Positions 55,516 through 63,055 of a DNA stretch of 64,000 bases are shown here, piece by piece (positions within the stretch are counted from its first letter, which is position 1; each line of letters starts with the position of its first letter). Source of the stretch: an uncultured Chloroflexia bacterium (GTDB taxonomy: Bacteria > Chloroflexota > Limnocylindria > QHBO01); assembly GCA_963725885.1 (NCBI GenBank), contig CAVSAH010000003.1:449697-513696 (forward strand), in the 5' to 3' direction. The notes under the pieces are model-generated. The model was not told the DNA's origin. It searched no databases and saw only the letters and a program-made list of their open reading frames with translations. The position numbers and the translations under genes were made by a program.

Positions 55516-56088
55516 ATGACATTCATGGGAGGCGTGGAGGAATTCCATGAAATCGCCGCCGAGGTCACGACGTCGGGCTATCGCGTCTCCGGATTCGTGC
55601 GGACCCGGTTCGAGCGGGTCGCCCTGATCCTCAACAGCCTCGACCATACCCACCTGGTCATGGAGGACGTCACCATCCGGGAGCTCGACGACGAGGCGAC
55701 GTCCTGGACCGCTGCCTCCGCGACGATCCCGCTCGACGAGATCCTGTTCTTCGCCGCCAGCCTTTCCGGCGCCACCTCCATGGACGCGATCGTGGTTCCC
55801 AAGAGGCCCTTTCCCGCAACCGTCGGCCTTCCGCCCTTCCGGCTGGCGGGCACGATGTACGTGCCCGAGTCGGTCGAGTCGCCGGCGATCGTGATCACCG
55901 TCAACCCGGACGCCTTCATCGTTATGACCGATGCCTCGGTCACCTGTCCCGTGCACCCGGTGCTCAACGCCACGTACCCGGTCGTCGCCTTCCAGCGGAG
56001 GCGGGTGCACGTCTTCTCCGTGGGGATCCCGGCCGAAGGCGCCGAGGCTGTCGGCGACGATCCCCGGCACGGGATCAGCTGGGAGTGA
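55516..56088 (+). CDS. Hypothetical protein, 190 aa, two similar beta-rich halves
   Basis: Terminal part of track ORF 55045-56088 from MTFMGGVEEFHEI... Halves YRVSGFV..HLVMEDVTI..ILFFAA and FRLAGTM..FIVMTDASV..VHVFSV align by eye. Confidence 0.5.
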   Translation: MTFMGGVEEFHEIAAEVTTSGYRVSGFVRTRFERVALILNSLDHTHLVMEDVTIRELDDEATSWTAASATIPLDEILFFAASLSGATSMDAIVVPKRPFPATVGLPPFRLAGTMYVPESVESPAIVITVNPDAFIVMTDASVTCPVHPVLNATYPVVAFQRRRVHVFSVGIPAEGAEAVGDDPRHGISWE

Positions 56089-56107
56089 TCGGCGGCCGGA
56101 GGGCTGC

Positions 56108-56863
56108 CTAGGGCCCCCTGTCGGCGATCGGCGCGAAGCCGACCTCCTCGTACGGCTCGGCCGCGTCGAGGATGGCCTCGACGATGCGCGCCGCACCGGC
56201 CTGGTTGAGCCGCATCACACGTCCATAGGCATTCGCCCACCACGGGGCGTTGTCGCTGGTGACGACCTCCTCGGTCGGCTCCTCGAGGACCACCTTCGAG
56301 TGCGCATGCGGGAAGACGATGGCGGCGCGGAGGTGAATCTCGGGCAGCGCCATCTCCTCGGCCCAACGCGCCACGCCGAAGGCGAGCGCGGTCGCGTCGG
56401 TGGTCGGATTGGTCCGGCACTTGATCCAGCCGTGGCGGCTGTGCGTGTCGTACTCCCAGGTCTTCCCGTGCAGCCGATACGTCCCGTGCCACTCGCGGAC
56501 GGTGATGACCCGGGTTCCGCCGGGACCAACCAGGATCGCGTCGAGGCGCGCGAGGTCGCGGACGGGAAGTCGCGGCTGGATCACCAGGGTGTAGTCGTCG
56601 CCGAGCGTCCCCGTCAGGAGGCCGATGAGCGCATCGGATCTGCGCCGCGAGTGGTCCGGCTGCATGACCCGCCACAGCCAGGCGCTCCCGACGCCGACGC
56701 CGATGGCCGCGGTGCACGCGAGGAGCCCGACGCGCACCGGTGAGGGCGGCCCGAGGAACGCGAGGAGGATCGAGATGGCACCGACGGCGATCATGGCCAG
56801 GGCCACCATCCGTGGCCGGCGCTTTCGCGAGGCCGTGAGGGCTTCGGGCCTGATCACGCGCAT
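56108..56863 (-). CDS. Membrane-anchored NERD (nuclease-related) domain protein
   Basis: Intact 251 aa with two N-terminal TM helices, then LLTGTLGDDYTLVIQPRLPVRDLARLDAILVGPGGTRVITVREWHGTY (NERD pattern). Confidence 0.65.
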   Translation of the reverse strand: MRVIRPEALTASRKRRPRMVALAMIAVGAISILLAFLGPPSPVRVGLLACTAAIGVGVGSAWLWRVMQPDHSRRRSDALIGLLTGTLGDDYTLVIQPRLPVRDLARLDAILVGPGGTRVITVREWHGTYRLHGKTWEYDTHSRHGWIKCRTNPTTDATALAFGVARWAEEMALPEIHLRAAIVFPHAHSKVVLEEPTEEVVTSDNAPWWANAYGRVMRLNQAGAARIVEAILDAAEPYEEVGFAPIADRGP

Positions 56864-56883
56864 GACGGCAGACCCCGGTGGAC

Positions 56884-56889
56884 TAGGCT
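56884..56889 (+). promoter_or_regulatory. -10 element TAGGCT 6 nt upstream of the OsmC-like GTG (leaderless)
   Basis: ggacTAGGCTgatgagGTG. Confidence 0.35.
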
Positions 56890-56895
56890 GATGAG

Positions 56896-57390
56896 GTGAC
56901 GACGCGGATCAGCGCCAGCGTGGACGTGGAGGCCGGCACGGTGCTGGCTGCGACCCTGGCGGGCAGGACGCTGGCCATCGCCGGCGATCCGCCCGAGGGA
57001 GACGGCTCCGCCCCGGGTCCCAAGGAGGCGCTCCTCGCGTCTCTCGCCGCCTGCACGGCGCTCGACGTGACCAGCATCCTCCGTAAGAAGCGGCAGGGAC
57101 CGAGCAGCTACGAGGTGGTGGTCACCGGCGAGTCCGATCCCGAGCCGCCGCGCGTCTTCACCTCGATCCTCGTCGAGCATCGGGTGTCGGGCGCGGTCGC
57201 TCCAGAGCCGCTGCGGCGTTCGATCGAGCTGTCCGCGACGCGGTACTGCCCCGTCAACGCCATGCTGTCGGCGGTTGCCCGCATCGAGCATCGCTACCTC
57301 CTCCTCGATGCGTCCGGTGGCGTCTTCGAGGCCACGGTCGCGGTTGTCGGCCCGGACCGCGAGGTCCGGGTAGGGGAACCTGGCGCCTGA
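56896..57390 (+). CDS. OsmC/Ohr-family peroxiredoxin-like protein
   Basis: Intact 164 aa: GPKEALLASLAACTALDVTSIL..FTSILVEHRVSG..SIELSATRYCPVNAML (the two conserved Cys). Confidence 0.8.
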   Translation: MTTRISASVDVEAGTVLAATLAGRTLAIAGDPPEGDGSAPGPKEALLASLAACTALDVTSILRKKRQGPSSYEVVVTGESDPEPPRVFTSILVEHRVSGAVAPEPLRRSIELSATRYCPVNAMLSAVARIEHRYLLLDASGGVFEATVAVVGPDREVRVGEPGA

Positions 57391-57777
57391 TCAGGACGCG
57401 CTGCGCAGCTCCTCCCCGCCGAGCGCCTGCTCGACGGCGGCCCGGAACGCGTCCAGGTCGAACGGCTTCGGCACGACGGGCCCCAGCGGGGCGAGCTCAC
57501 TGAGCCGCTCCCGGCTCGCGGCCGAGACGAAGATGGCGGGAATGCCCGGCCACGCGGAGCGCAGGAGCTCGGTGATGTCGCCGCCGTCGCCATCGGGCAG
57601 CATCACATCGATCACCATCAGGTGCGGCAGCGCGACGTCCATGAGATCGCCGAGCTCGACGATCCGCGTGCAGGTGACGACGGTGAAGCCCATCTCGCGG
57701 AGGAGATCGGCTTCCAGGGCGGCGATATCGGGGTCGTCCTCGAGGACGTAGGCACGGGGGGTCGCGGGCTGGGTCAT
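57391..57777 (-). CDS. Stand-alone response-regulator receiver domain protein
   Basis: 128 aa from MTQPATPRAYVLEDDPDIA..HLMVIDVMLPDGDGGDI..AIFVSA..VVPKPFDLD. The track ORF to 57861 is a read-through. Confidence 0.8.
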   Translation of the reverse strand: MTQPATPRAYVLEDDPDIAALEADLLREMGFTVVTCTRIVELGDLMDVALPHLMVIDVMLPDGDGGDITELLRSAWPGIPAIFVSAASRERLSELAPLGPVVPKPFDLDAFRAAVEQALGGEELRSAS

Positions 57778-57839
57778 CGGCGTCCAGTCTCGTGCGCCGT
57801 GCTCGTGAGGTCTATGACCCATGGGGGTGGTACTGATGG

Positions 57840-57872
57840 GGTACACCGGTCCCCTTTGCAACCCGGTGTACC
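57840..57872. promoter_or_regulatory. 10-bp perfect inverted repeat GGTACACCGG-N13-CCGGTGTACC in the receiver/ku divergent region
   Basis: Read directly from the sequence. It ends 12 nt before GGAGGAGG and 33 nt before the ku ATG. Confidence 0.45.
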
Positions 57873-57905
57873 ATTCCCGCCCGCGGAGGAGGAAACGCAG
57901 GACCC

Positions 57906-58811
57906 ATGGCGCGATCGATGTGGCGGGGAGCCATCCAGTTCGGGCTCGTGACGATCCCGGTCAAGCTCTACCTGGCCACCGAGCAGGGAGGCATCGGCTT
58001 CAACCTGCTCCACGCGACCTGCCTGAACCGGATCCAGATGAAGGTGTACTGCCCGCACCACGACGAGATCATTCCGCGCTCGGAGACGGTGCGCGGGTAT
58101 GAGTGGAGCAAGGGCAAGTACGTGGTCGTCACCGAGGAGGACATCGACTCGGTCCCGCTCAAGACGATGCGCGCCATCGAGATCGAGATGTTCGTCAAGG
58201 CCTCGCGCGACAACGCCGGCACGCAGTTCGTCAAGCAGGCCTACTACCTCGAGCCGGAGCAGATCGGCGCGAAGGCGTTCTACCTGCTGAAGTCGGTCCT
58301 CGCCGAGCAGAACAAGAGCGCCATCTGCAAGATCGTTCTCAAGGACCGCGAGCAGCTGGCCGCCCTGAACCCCTTCGCCAAGACCCTCCTGCTGACCACC
58401 CTGCACTGGCCCGACGAGGTCCGGGCGATCGACGAGCTGGCCCTGCCCGAGGACGAGATCGAGATCAAGTCCTCCGAGAAGAAGATGGCCGAGCAGCTCG
58501 TGGCCAGCATGACCGGCGAGTTCGCGCCCGATGACTACGCCGACGACTATCGCCAGGCCCTCATGGCCGTCATCGAGAAGAAGGTCGCGGGCGAGAAGCC
58601 GGAGCCGCAGGTCCGTGCCGAGCCCACGAACATCACCGACCTGATGGCCGCGCTCGAGGCATCGGTTGCCGCCGCGCGAACCGACCGAACCGCCGCCAAG
58701 ACGGAGGCCCCCGCGAAGGCCGCGGCCAAGCCGAAGCGCGCGCCGAAGAAGGCCGCCGCCAAGGCCGCCACCTCGGAGGAGCCTCGCCAGCGCCGTCGCA
58801 AGACGGCCTGA
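57906..58811 (+). CDS. ku: Ku protein (non-homologous end joining) with Lys/Ala-rich basic tail
   Basis: Intact 301 aa: MWRGAIQFGLVTIPVKLY..YEWSKGKYVVVTEEDI..IEIEMFV..YYLEPE..GAKAFYLL.. and tail AAKPKRAPKKAAAKAA. Confidence 0.93.
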   Translation: MARSMWRGAIQFGLVTIPVKLYLATEQGGIGFNLLHATCLNRIQMKVYCPHHDEIIPRSETVRGYEWSKGKYVVVTEEDIDSVPLKTMRAIEIEMFVKASRDNAGTQFVKQAYYLEPEQIGAKAFYLLKSVLAEQNKSAICKIVLKDREQLAALNPFAKTLLLTTLHWPDEVRAIDELALPEDEIEIKSSEKKMAEQLVASMTGEFAPDDYADDYRQALMAVIEKKVAGEKPEPQVRAEPTNITDLMAALEASVAAARTDRTAAKTEAPAKAAAKPKRAPKKAAAKAATSEEPRQRRRKTA

Positions 58812-58824
58812 CGTCGACGGGGCC

Positions 58825-59520
58825 GTGCCCGGCGAGCAGCTCGGCCTTCCGATCGAGGCGCCCACTGGTGCGCCCGAGCGCCTGCCGACCCGTATCACGC
58901 CGATGCAGCCGACGACCGGTGCCGCACCGTTCGACGACCCTGCCTACCTCTTCGAGCCGTGGTGGCCCGGCGTCCGGGCCGTGGCCTGGGTCGACGGCCA
59001 CCGGCTGATCCGGCTCCGCGCCGCGGGCCTGGCCGATGCGCTCCTCGCGTTCCCCGAGCTCGCCGAGGAGCTTCCGGAGCGCCTCGACGACGACGGGTCG
59101 GTTCTCGACGGATGGCTTCTCGCACTGGACGACGGTGGATGGCTCGACACGGAGCTCCTGCGCCGGCGCCTGGCCGGTGACCTTGGCGCGGGCCGACCGG
59201 CGTTCGTGGCGACTGACATGCTGTGGTCCGGCGGCGTCACGTGGATGCGCCGCCCATTTGCCGCGCGCCGCGAACGGCTCGAGGAGGTACTGCGCGACGG
59301 GGACCGCTGCGTCGTGACCCACGCGCTCGTCGGTGATGGGACCCTGCTTGCCGAGGCGCTGGGCCGATTCGGGATCGGCGGCATCTCGGCCCGGCGACTC
59401 GATGCCCGCTACCGCGCGGGGAATGCCGGCGATGCCTGGCTCAGGCTCCCGGTTCGGGCCGCCGAGATCGTGACGCGTCCGCAGCTCGCCCTCATCCAGC
59501 GGCTGCCGCTCGCCGGCTGA
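58825..59520 (+). CDS. LigD-ligase-domain-like protein with all nucleotidyl-transferase motifs substituted (start GTG 58825 or ATG 58903)
   Basis: ITPMQPTTGAAPFDDPAYLFEPWWPGVR (KxDG replaced by WWPG), VLDGWLL (DGE replaced by DGW), FVATDMLW, RRERLEEVL, GIGGISAR (EGxxxK replaced by GGISAR), DAWLRLP (WxKxK replaced by WLRLP). Starts 14 nt after ku. Confidence 0.65.
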   Translation: MPGEQLGLPIEAPTGAPERLPTRITPMQPTTGAAPFDDPAYLFEPWWPGVRAVAWVDGHRLIRLRAAGLADALLAFPELAEELPERLDDDGSVLDGWLLALDDGGWLDTELLRRRLAGDLGAGRPAFVATDMLWSGGVTWMRRPFAARRERLEEVLRDGDRCVVTHALVGDGTLLAEALGRFGIGGISARRLDARYRAGNAGDAWLRLPVRAAEIVTRPQLALIQRLPLAG

Positions 59521-59521
59521 C

Positions 59522-59535
59522 GCCTGGGCCCAGGC
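59522..59535. other. 14-nt perfect palindrome GCCTGGGCCCAGGC filling the gap between convergent stops
   Basis: Lies exactly between the TGA at 59518-59520 (+) and the TGA at 59536-59538 (-). Possible short bidirectional hairpin or binding site. Confidence 0.3.
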
Positions 59536-60180
59536 TCAGGCTCCGGGCTCCAGCATCGACGTGGCGTGCTCCAGCTTGGAGCGGCCGTCCGTCGTCAGGC
59601 CCGGCCGCGCGGCGAGGGCTGCGGCCAACTCGGCAAGCTGCGCCGGCGCGCCGTCGGCGCCAGCGTCGACGAGCTCCAGCTCCACGGCGGCGAGCCGTCC
59701 GCGCACCTCTCCGGCGGCGTCGACCACGGTGACCGCATCGAGGCTCAACGTGCCGAGCCGGTGCTGCCCGATCTCCACTGTGCGCTCCGTGCGGCGCTGG
59801 AGGAGGCGGAGCCGCTCGACGAGCGGCGAGCCCGCGGAGAGACTGAGGAGGTGGTCCCGGGCATCACTCGGTGGCCAGTCCCGCGGGTCGAACGAGTCCG
59901 TGGCCGGTCCCTCCAGCTCCGGACGGGTGTGGATCCCGTCTGCGGGGCCGCCACGCGCCGGCCCCTTGAGCGAGACGATCGGCCCTCGACCGCGATCCCG
60001 ATGGCGGCATGCCCACCCGTTCGCGGCAAGGTGGCCCCAGATGGTGTCGAGGTAGATGTCGAGCTCGTCGACCGTGAGCGCGGATCCGAGCCGCGCCGGG
60101 CCCAGGGTTGCGGCCGTGCGGAGTGAGTCGAGTGGGGCCTGTCCGTCGGCGAGGAACTTGACCTCGACCTCAGTCGCCAT
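59536..60180 (-). CDS. CYTH-domain protein (triphosphate tunnel metalloenzyme: class IV cyclase or triphosphatase)
   Basis: 214 aa from MATEVEVKFLADG (ExExK signature)..LDIYLDT..CRHRD..VSLKGP..HTRPELE..RTERTVEI..LSLDAVTV..AAVELELV. The start overlaps the WYL gene stop by 11 nt. Confidence 0.75.
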   Translation of the reverse strand: MATEVEVKFLADGQAPLDSLRTAATLGPARLGSALTVDELDIYLDTIWGHLAANGWACRHRDRGRGPIVSLKGPARGGPADGIHTRPELEGPATDSFDPRDWPPSDARDHLLSLSAGSPLVERLRLLQRRTERTVEIGQHRLGTLSLDAVTVVDAAGEVRGRLAAVELELVDAGADGAPAQLAELAAALAARPGLTTDGRSKLEHATSMLEPGA

Positions 60181-61192
60181 AGCGCTCGGCGGCCCGCCGG
60201 ACGGAGTCCGCGATCGCGTCCCGCAGCTCGGCCGGCTCCACGACCTCGGCATCCCCGCCCCAGGACAGGATCCACGACTGGATCTCGACGATCCCGGCCA
60301 CAGTCACCGCGAGCTCGACGCCACCATCGTCGAGGTCCGTCAGGCGCTGGGAGCGATGCCACACCGCCTCCCGCACCCGGTGCGCGACGGACCGGTCGAA
60401 CCTGACCCGGATCTCGACGGCGGGCGTCCCCTCCGACGACCAGATGCCCCACGAGTTGGCCAGCCAGGCGTCGGGATCGAAGTCTCCCGGGATCTCGTAT
60501 CGGTCGGTCGTCAGCGTGGCGCTGCGGATGCGCTCGACCTTGTACGTGCGCATGGCGCCGGCCGGCTCGTCGTAGCCGATGAGGTAGACGCTGCGCAGCG
60601 CGGCGTCGGGCTCCAGGAAGTACGGATGGACTCGAGTCTTCTTGCGCGGGGCCGAGCCAGGGTCGTAGTCGAGCTCGACGACCCGGCCCTCGGCCCAGCC
60701 ACGAGCGACCGCGCTGAACGAGCGGCTGAACGGCTCGTCGGCGTCGTGGGCCTGGATGGTGAGCATGGTCGCGGCCACGTGGCGAGCGATCGGTTGCGGG
60801 AGCGCGTCGGACAGCTTGGTGAAGGCGCTCACCACCGCGGTGTCGTACTGGTCGGACCATCTGGCGATGAGGCGTGAGGCGAGAAAGAGCACGATGGCCT
60901 CGGGCACCGACAGGTGCAGCGGCGGCAGGAAGAACTTGCGGTCGATGCCGTACCGACCGCGGCCCGCCTGGTAGACGGGCACGCCGAGCTCGTCGTCGAG
61001 GGCATTGATGTCGCGATAGACCGTCCGCGTCGTCATGCCGGTGAGGCGCGCGATCTCACTCACGGGCACGCCAGCCTCGGTGCTGCCCTTCGAGTACAGG
61101 ATCGACGCGACGTTCAGCAGGCGCGCGAGGCGATCCCGCTTGCGGCCGATGCGGTCATCGGCCCCGTCGTCCCACCCGTCCCACTCGTCCAT
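60170..61192 (-). CDS. HTH + WYL domain transcriptional regulator (PafBC/BrxR-like architecture)
   Basis: 340 aa from MDEWDGWDD..RLARLLNVASILYSKG..VPVSEIARLTGMTTRTVYRDINALDDELGVPV..; WYL region VELDYD...KTRVHPYFLEPDAALRSVYLIGYD..MRTYKVERI; C-terminal WCX-like domain. The track ORF to 62554 is an antisense read-through of the antiporter gene. Confidence 0.8.
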   Translation of the reverse strand: MDEWDGWDDGADDRIGRKRDRLARLLNVASILYSKGSTEAGVPVSEIARLTGMTTRTVYRDINALDDELGVPVYQAGRGRYGIDRKFFLPPLHLSVPEAIVLFLASRLIARWSDQYDTAVVSAFTKLSDALPQPIARHVAATMLTIQAHDADEPFSRSFSAVARGWAEGRVVELDYDPGSAPRKKTRVHPYFLEPDAALRSVYLIGYDEPAGAMRTYKVERIRSATLTTDRYEIPGDFDPDAWLANSWGIWSSEGTPAVEIRVRFDRSVAHRVREAVWHRSQRLTDLDDGGVELAVTVAGIVEIQSWILSWGGDAEVVEPAELRDAIADSVRRAAERYGD

Positions 61193-61215
61193 ATCGGTCA
61201 ATTTCGTGGGCCTCC

Positions 61216-62304
61216 CTACGGGGTCAGGAACAGGAACGCGATGGCGATGATGGCGTAGACGCTGACGAGCTGGAGGCCCTCGACCCAGTTCGACTTCCCG
61301 TCGATGGCAATGTACGCCGCGATCAGCACGCTCACAGCCACGGCGACGACCTCGAGCGGGGTGAAGACGAGCGTCAGCGGGTTGCCGACGATCAGGCCGA
61401 AGAAGACGAGCACCGGCACCGCGAAGAGGGCGATCTGTGTGGCGGATCCGATCGAGGTGATCAGGCTGAAGTCCATCTTGTTCTTGTAGGCCAGGGTCAC
61501 GCCCACCACGTGCTCGGCGAGGTTGCCGATCAGCGGGATGAGGATGATGCCGATGAAGAACTCGCTGATCCCGAGCGACGCCACGGCCGGCTCGAGGGTG
61601 TGGACCAGCACCTCCGAGGCGAAGGTCAGCGCCGCGGCGGCAGCCAGCAGGACCATGAGGGCGACCTTCCAGCTCCACTCGGGCACCTCGTCGGGCGCGT
61701 GCTCCGCCGTGGGTGATTCCGGCGAGCGGAGGAAGAACCAGGTCTGGGCGGCATACGTGATGAGAAGGACCACGGCGACGCCGACCGTGAGCGCCTCGAT
61801 CTGGAAGAACTGCGGGTCGTCCGGACCGGTGCCCTCGCCGCCGCCGATGAGGAAGGCGAAGATGGCCGGGATGACGAGGCCGATGGTGGCCAGGACCAGC
61901 GACGCCCCGTTCATGCCGGTCACCTGGTCGTCGTAGCGCTGGATGCCGTTCTTCAGCCCGCCGACGAGCAACGAGGCGCCGAGCACGAGCAGCAGGTTGC
62001 CGATGATCGATCCGGTGATCGTGGCGTGCACCACGTCGATCTTGTTGTCGAGGATGAGGAACGCCGCAATGATGATCTCGCCGATGTTGCCGACGGTCGC
62101 GTTCATGATGCCGCCGATCTTTGGCCCGGCGGCCATGCCCAGCTGCTCGGTGGCGTGCCCGAGGGTGTAGGCGAGGCCCAGGATCGCGATCGCGCTCACG
62201 CCGAACGTGAGTGTCTCGTTCGCCCCGGCCAGGCGCAGGACGACGGTCAGCGCCGTCCCGCCGATGGCCAGCGCGTAGGCGATCGTCCCGAACATCGGCG
62301 CCAT
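61216..62304 (-). CDS. Ca2+/H+ antiporter (CAX/ChaA family)
   Basis: Intact 362 aa: two alpha-repeat signatures, GNIGEIIIAAFLI..TGSIIGNLLLVLG and GNLAEHVVGVTLAYKNKMDFSLITSIGSATQIALF. Confidence 0.88.
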   Translation of the reverse strand: MAPMFGTIAYALAIGGTALTVVLRLAGANETLTFGVSAIAILGLAYTLGHATEQLGMAAGPKIGGIMNATVGNIGEIIIAAFLILDNKIDVVHATITGSIIGNLLLVLGASLLVGGLKNGIQRYDDQVTGMNGASLVLATIGLVIPAIFAFLIGGGEGTGPDDPQFFQIEALTVGVAVVLLITYAAQTWFFLRSPESPTAEHAPDEVPEWSWKVALMVLLAAAAALTFASEVLVHTLEPAVASLGISEFFIGIILIPLIGNLAEHVVGVTLAYKNKMDFSLITSIGSATQIALFAVPVLVFFGLIVGNPLTLVFTPLEVVAVAVSVLIAAYIAIDGKSNWVEGLQLVSVYAIIAIAFLFLTP

Positions 62305-62319
62305 CGTAGCGCCGCCGGC

Positions 62320-63036
62320 TCAGCCGCCGGGAGAGGAGCTCGGCGCCTCGGAGGCGGAAGGCGCCGGGGTCGGCGACGGCGCCGCCTCGCCGGGGAGCTG
62401 CTCGATGATCGCCCGGTTGACGGTGTCGTCGGTTCCGATGAGAAGGAAGACGACGTCGCCGCTCGACCACGTGTAGATGTGGGTGCCCAGCGCGGTGGCG
62501 TTGTCCTCGGGACGCGTCCACACCAGGTTGCCGCCCACCACGTCGGTAGTCCACGGCTCGCGGTGGAGCCCGGCGATCCCGACGTAGCGTCCGGCGGTCG
62601 GCAGGTGCGGCTCGAGGTCCTCGGTAGCGACCTCGTCACCGTCGACGCGCATGGCGTACAGCGAGGTTCGCGGCTGCTCGACGTACGCGACGGCGAGGGC
62701 GCTGAACCGATCGCCGATCTCCCCGAACGCCACGGCGACGTCGCCCGGCGTGAGCCCGAACTCGTCGAAGGGCGCCACGATCACCGCGACGCCCGCGGCA
62801 TCGGTCGGGATGAGCGCGGCCAGCTCGTCGTCGGGCGGGTTCGTGAAGCGGGGCGTCGGCGCCGGGGTCGGCGTCGGGCTCGGCGTGGGCGGCGCCGGCG
62901 TCGCGGGCCGGCTGGGGGCCTGGGTGGGCGTCGGGTCGGGGGTTGTCGCCGTGCAGGCCACGGTGCCGACGGCGAGGGCCAGGACCAGGGCCGCGGCCAG
63001 TCGCGGGCGCGGCGAGGCGAGGTGAGGCGGCGTCAT
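62320..63036 (-). CDS. Putative lipoprotein with PT-rich linker, function unknown
   Basis: 238 aa from MTPPHLASPRPRLAAALVLALAVGTVACTA (lipobox), then [30 protein letters not shown], then a globular domain. The track ORF to 63528 is a read-through. Confidence 0.6.
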   Translation of the reverse strand: MTPPHLASPRPRLAAALVLALAVGTVACTATTPDPTPTQAPSRPATPAPPTPSPTPTPAPTPRFTNPPDDELAALIPTDAAGVAVIVAPFDEFGLTPGDVAVAFGEIGDRFSALAVAYVEQPRTSLYAMRVDGDEVATEDLEPHLPTAGRYVGIAGLHREPWTTDVVGGNLVWTRPEDNATALGTHIYTWSSGDVVFLLIGTDDTVNRAIIEQLPGEAAPSPTPAPSASEAPSSSPGG

Positions 63037-63055
63037 CGGCCGGCGCGATTCTACC

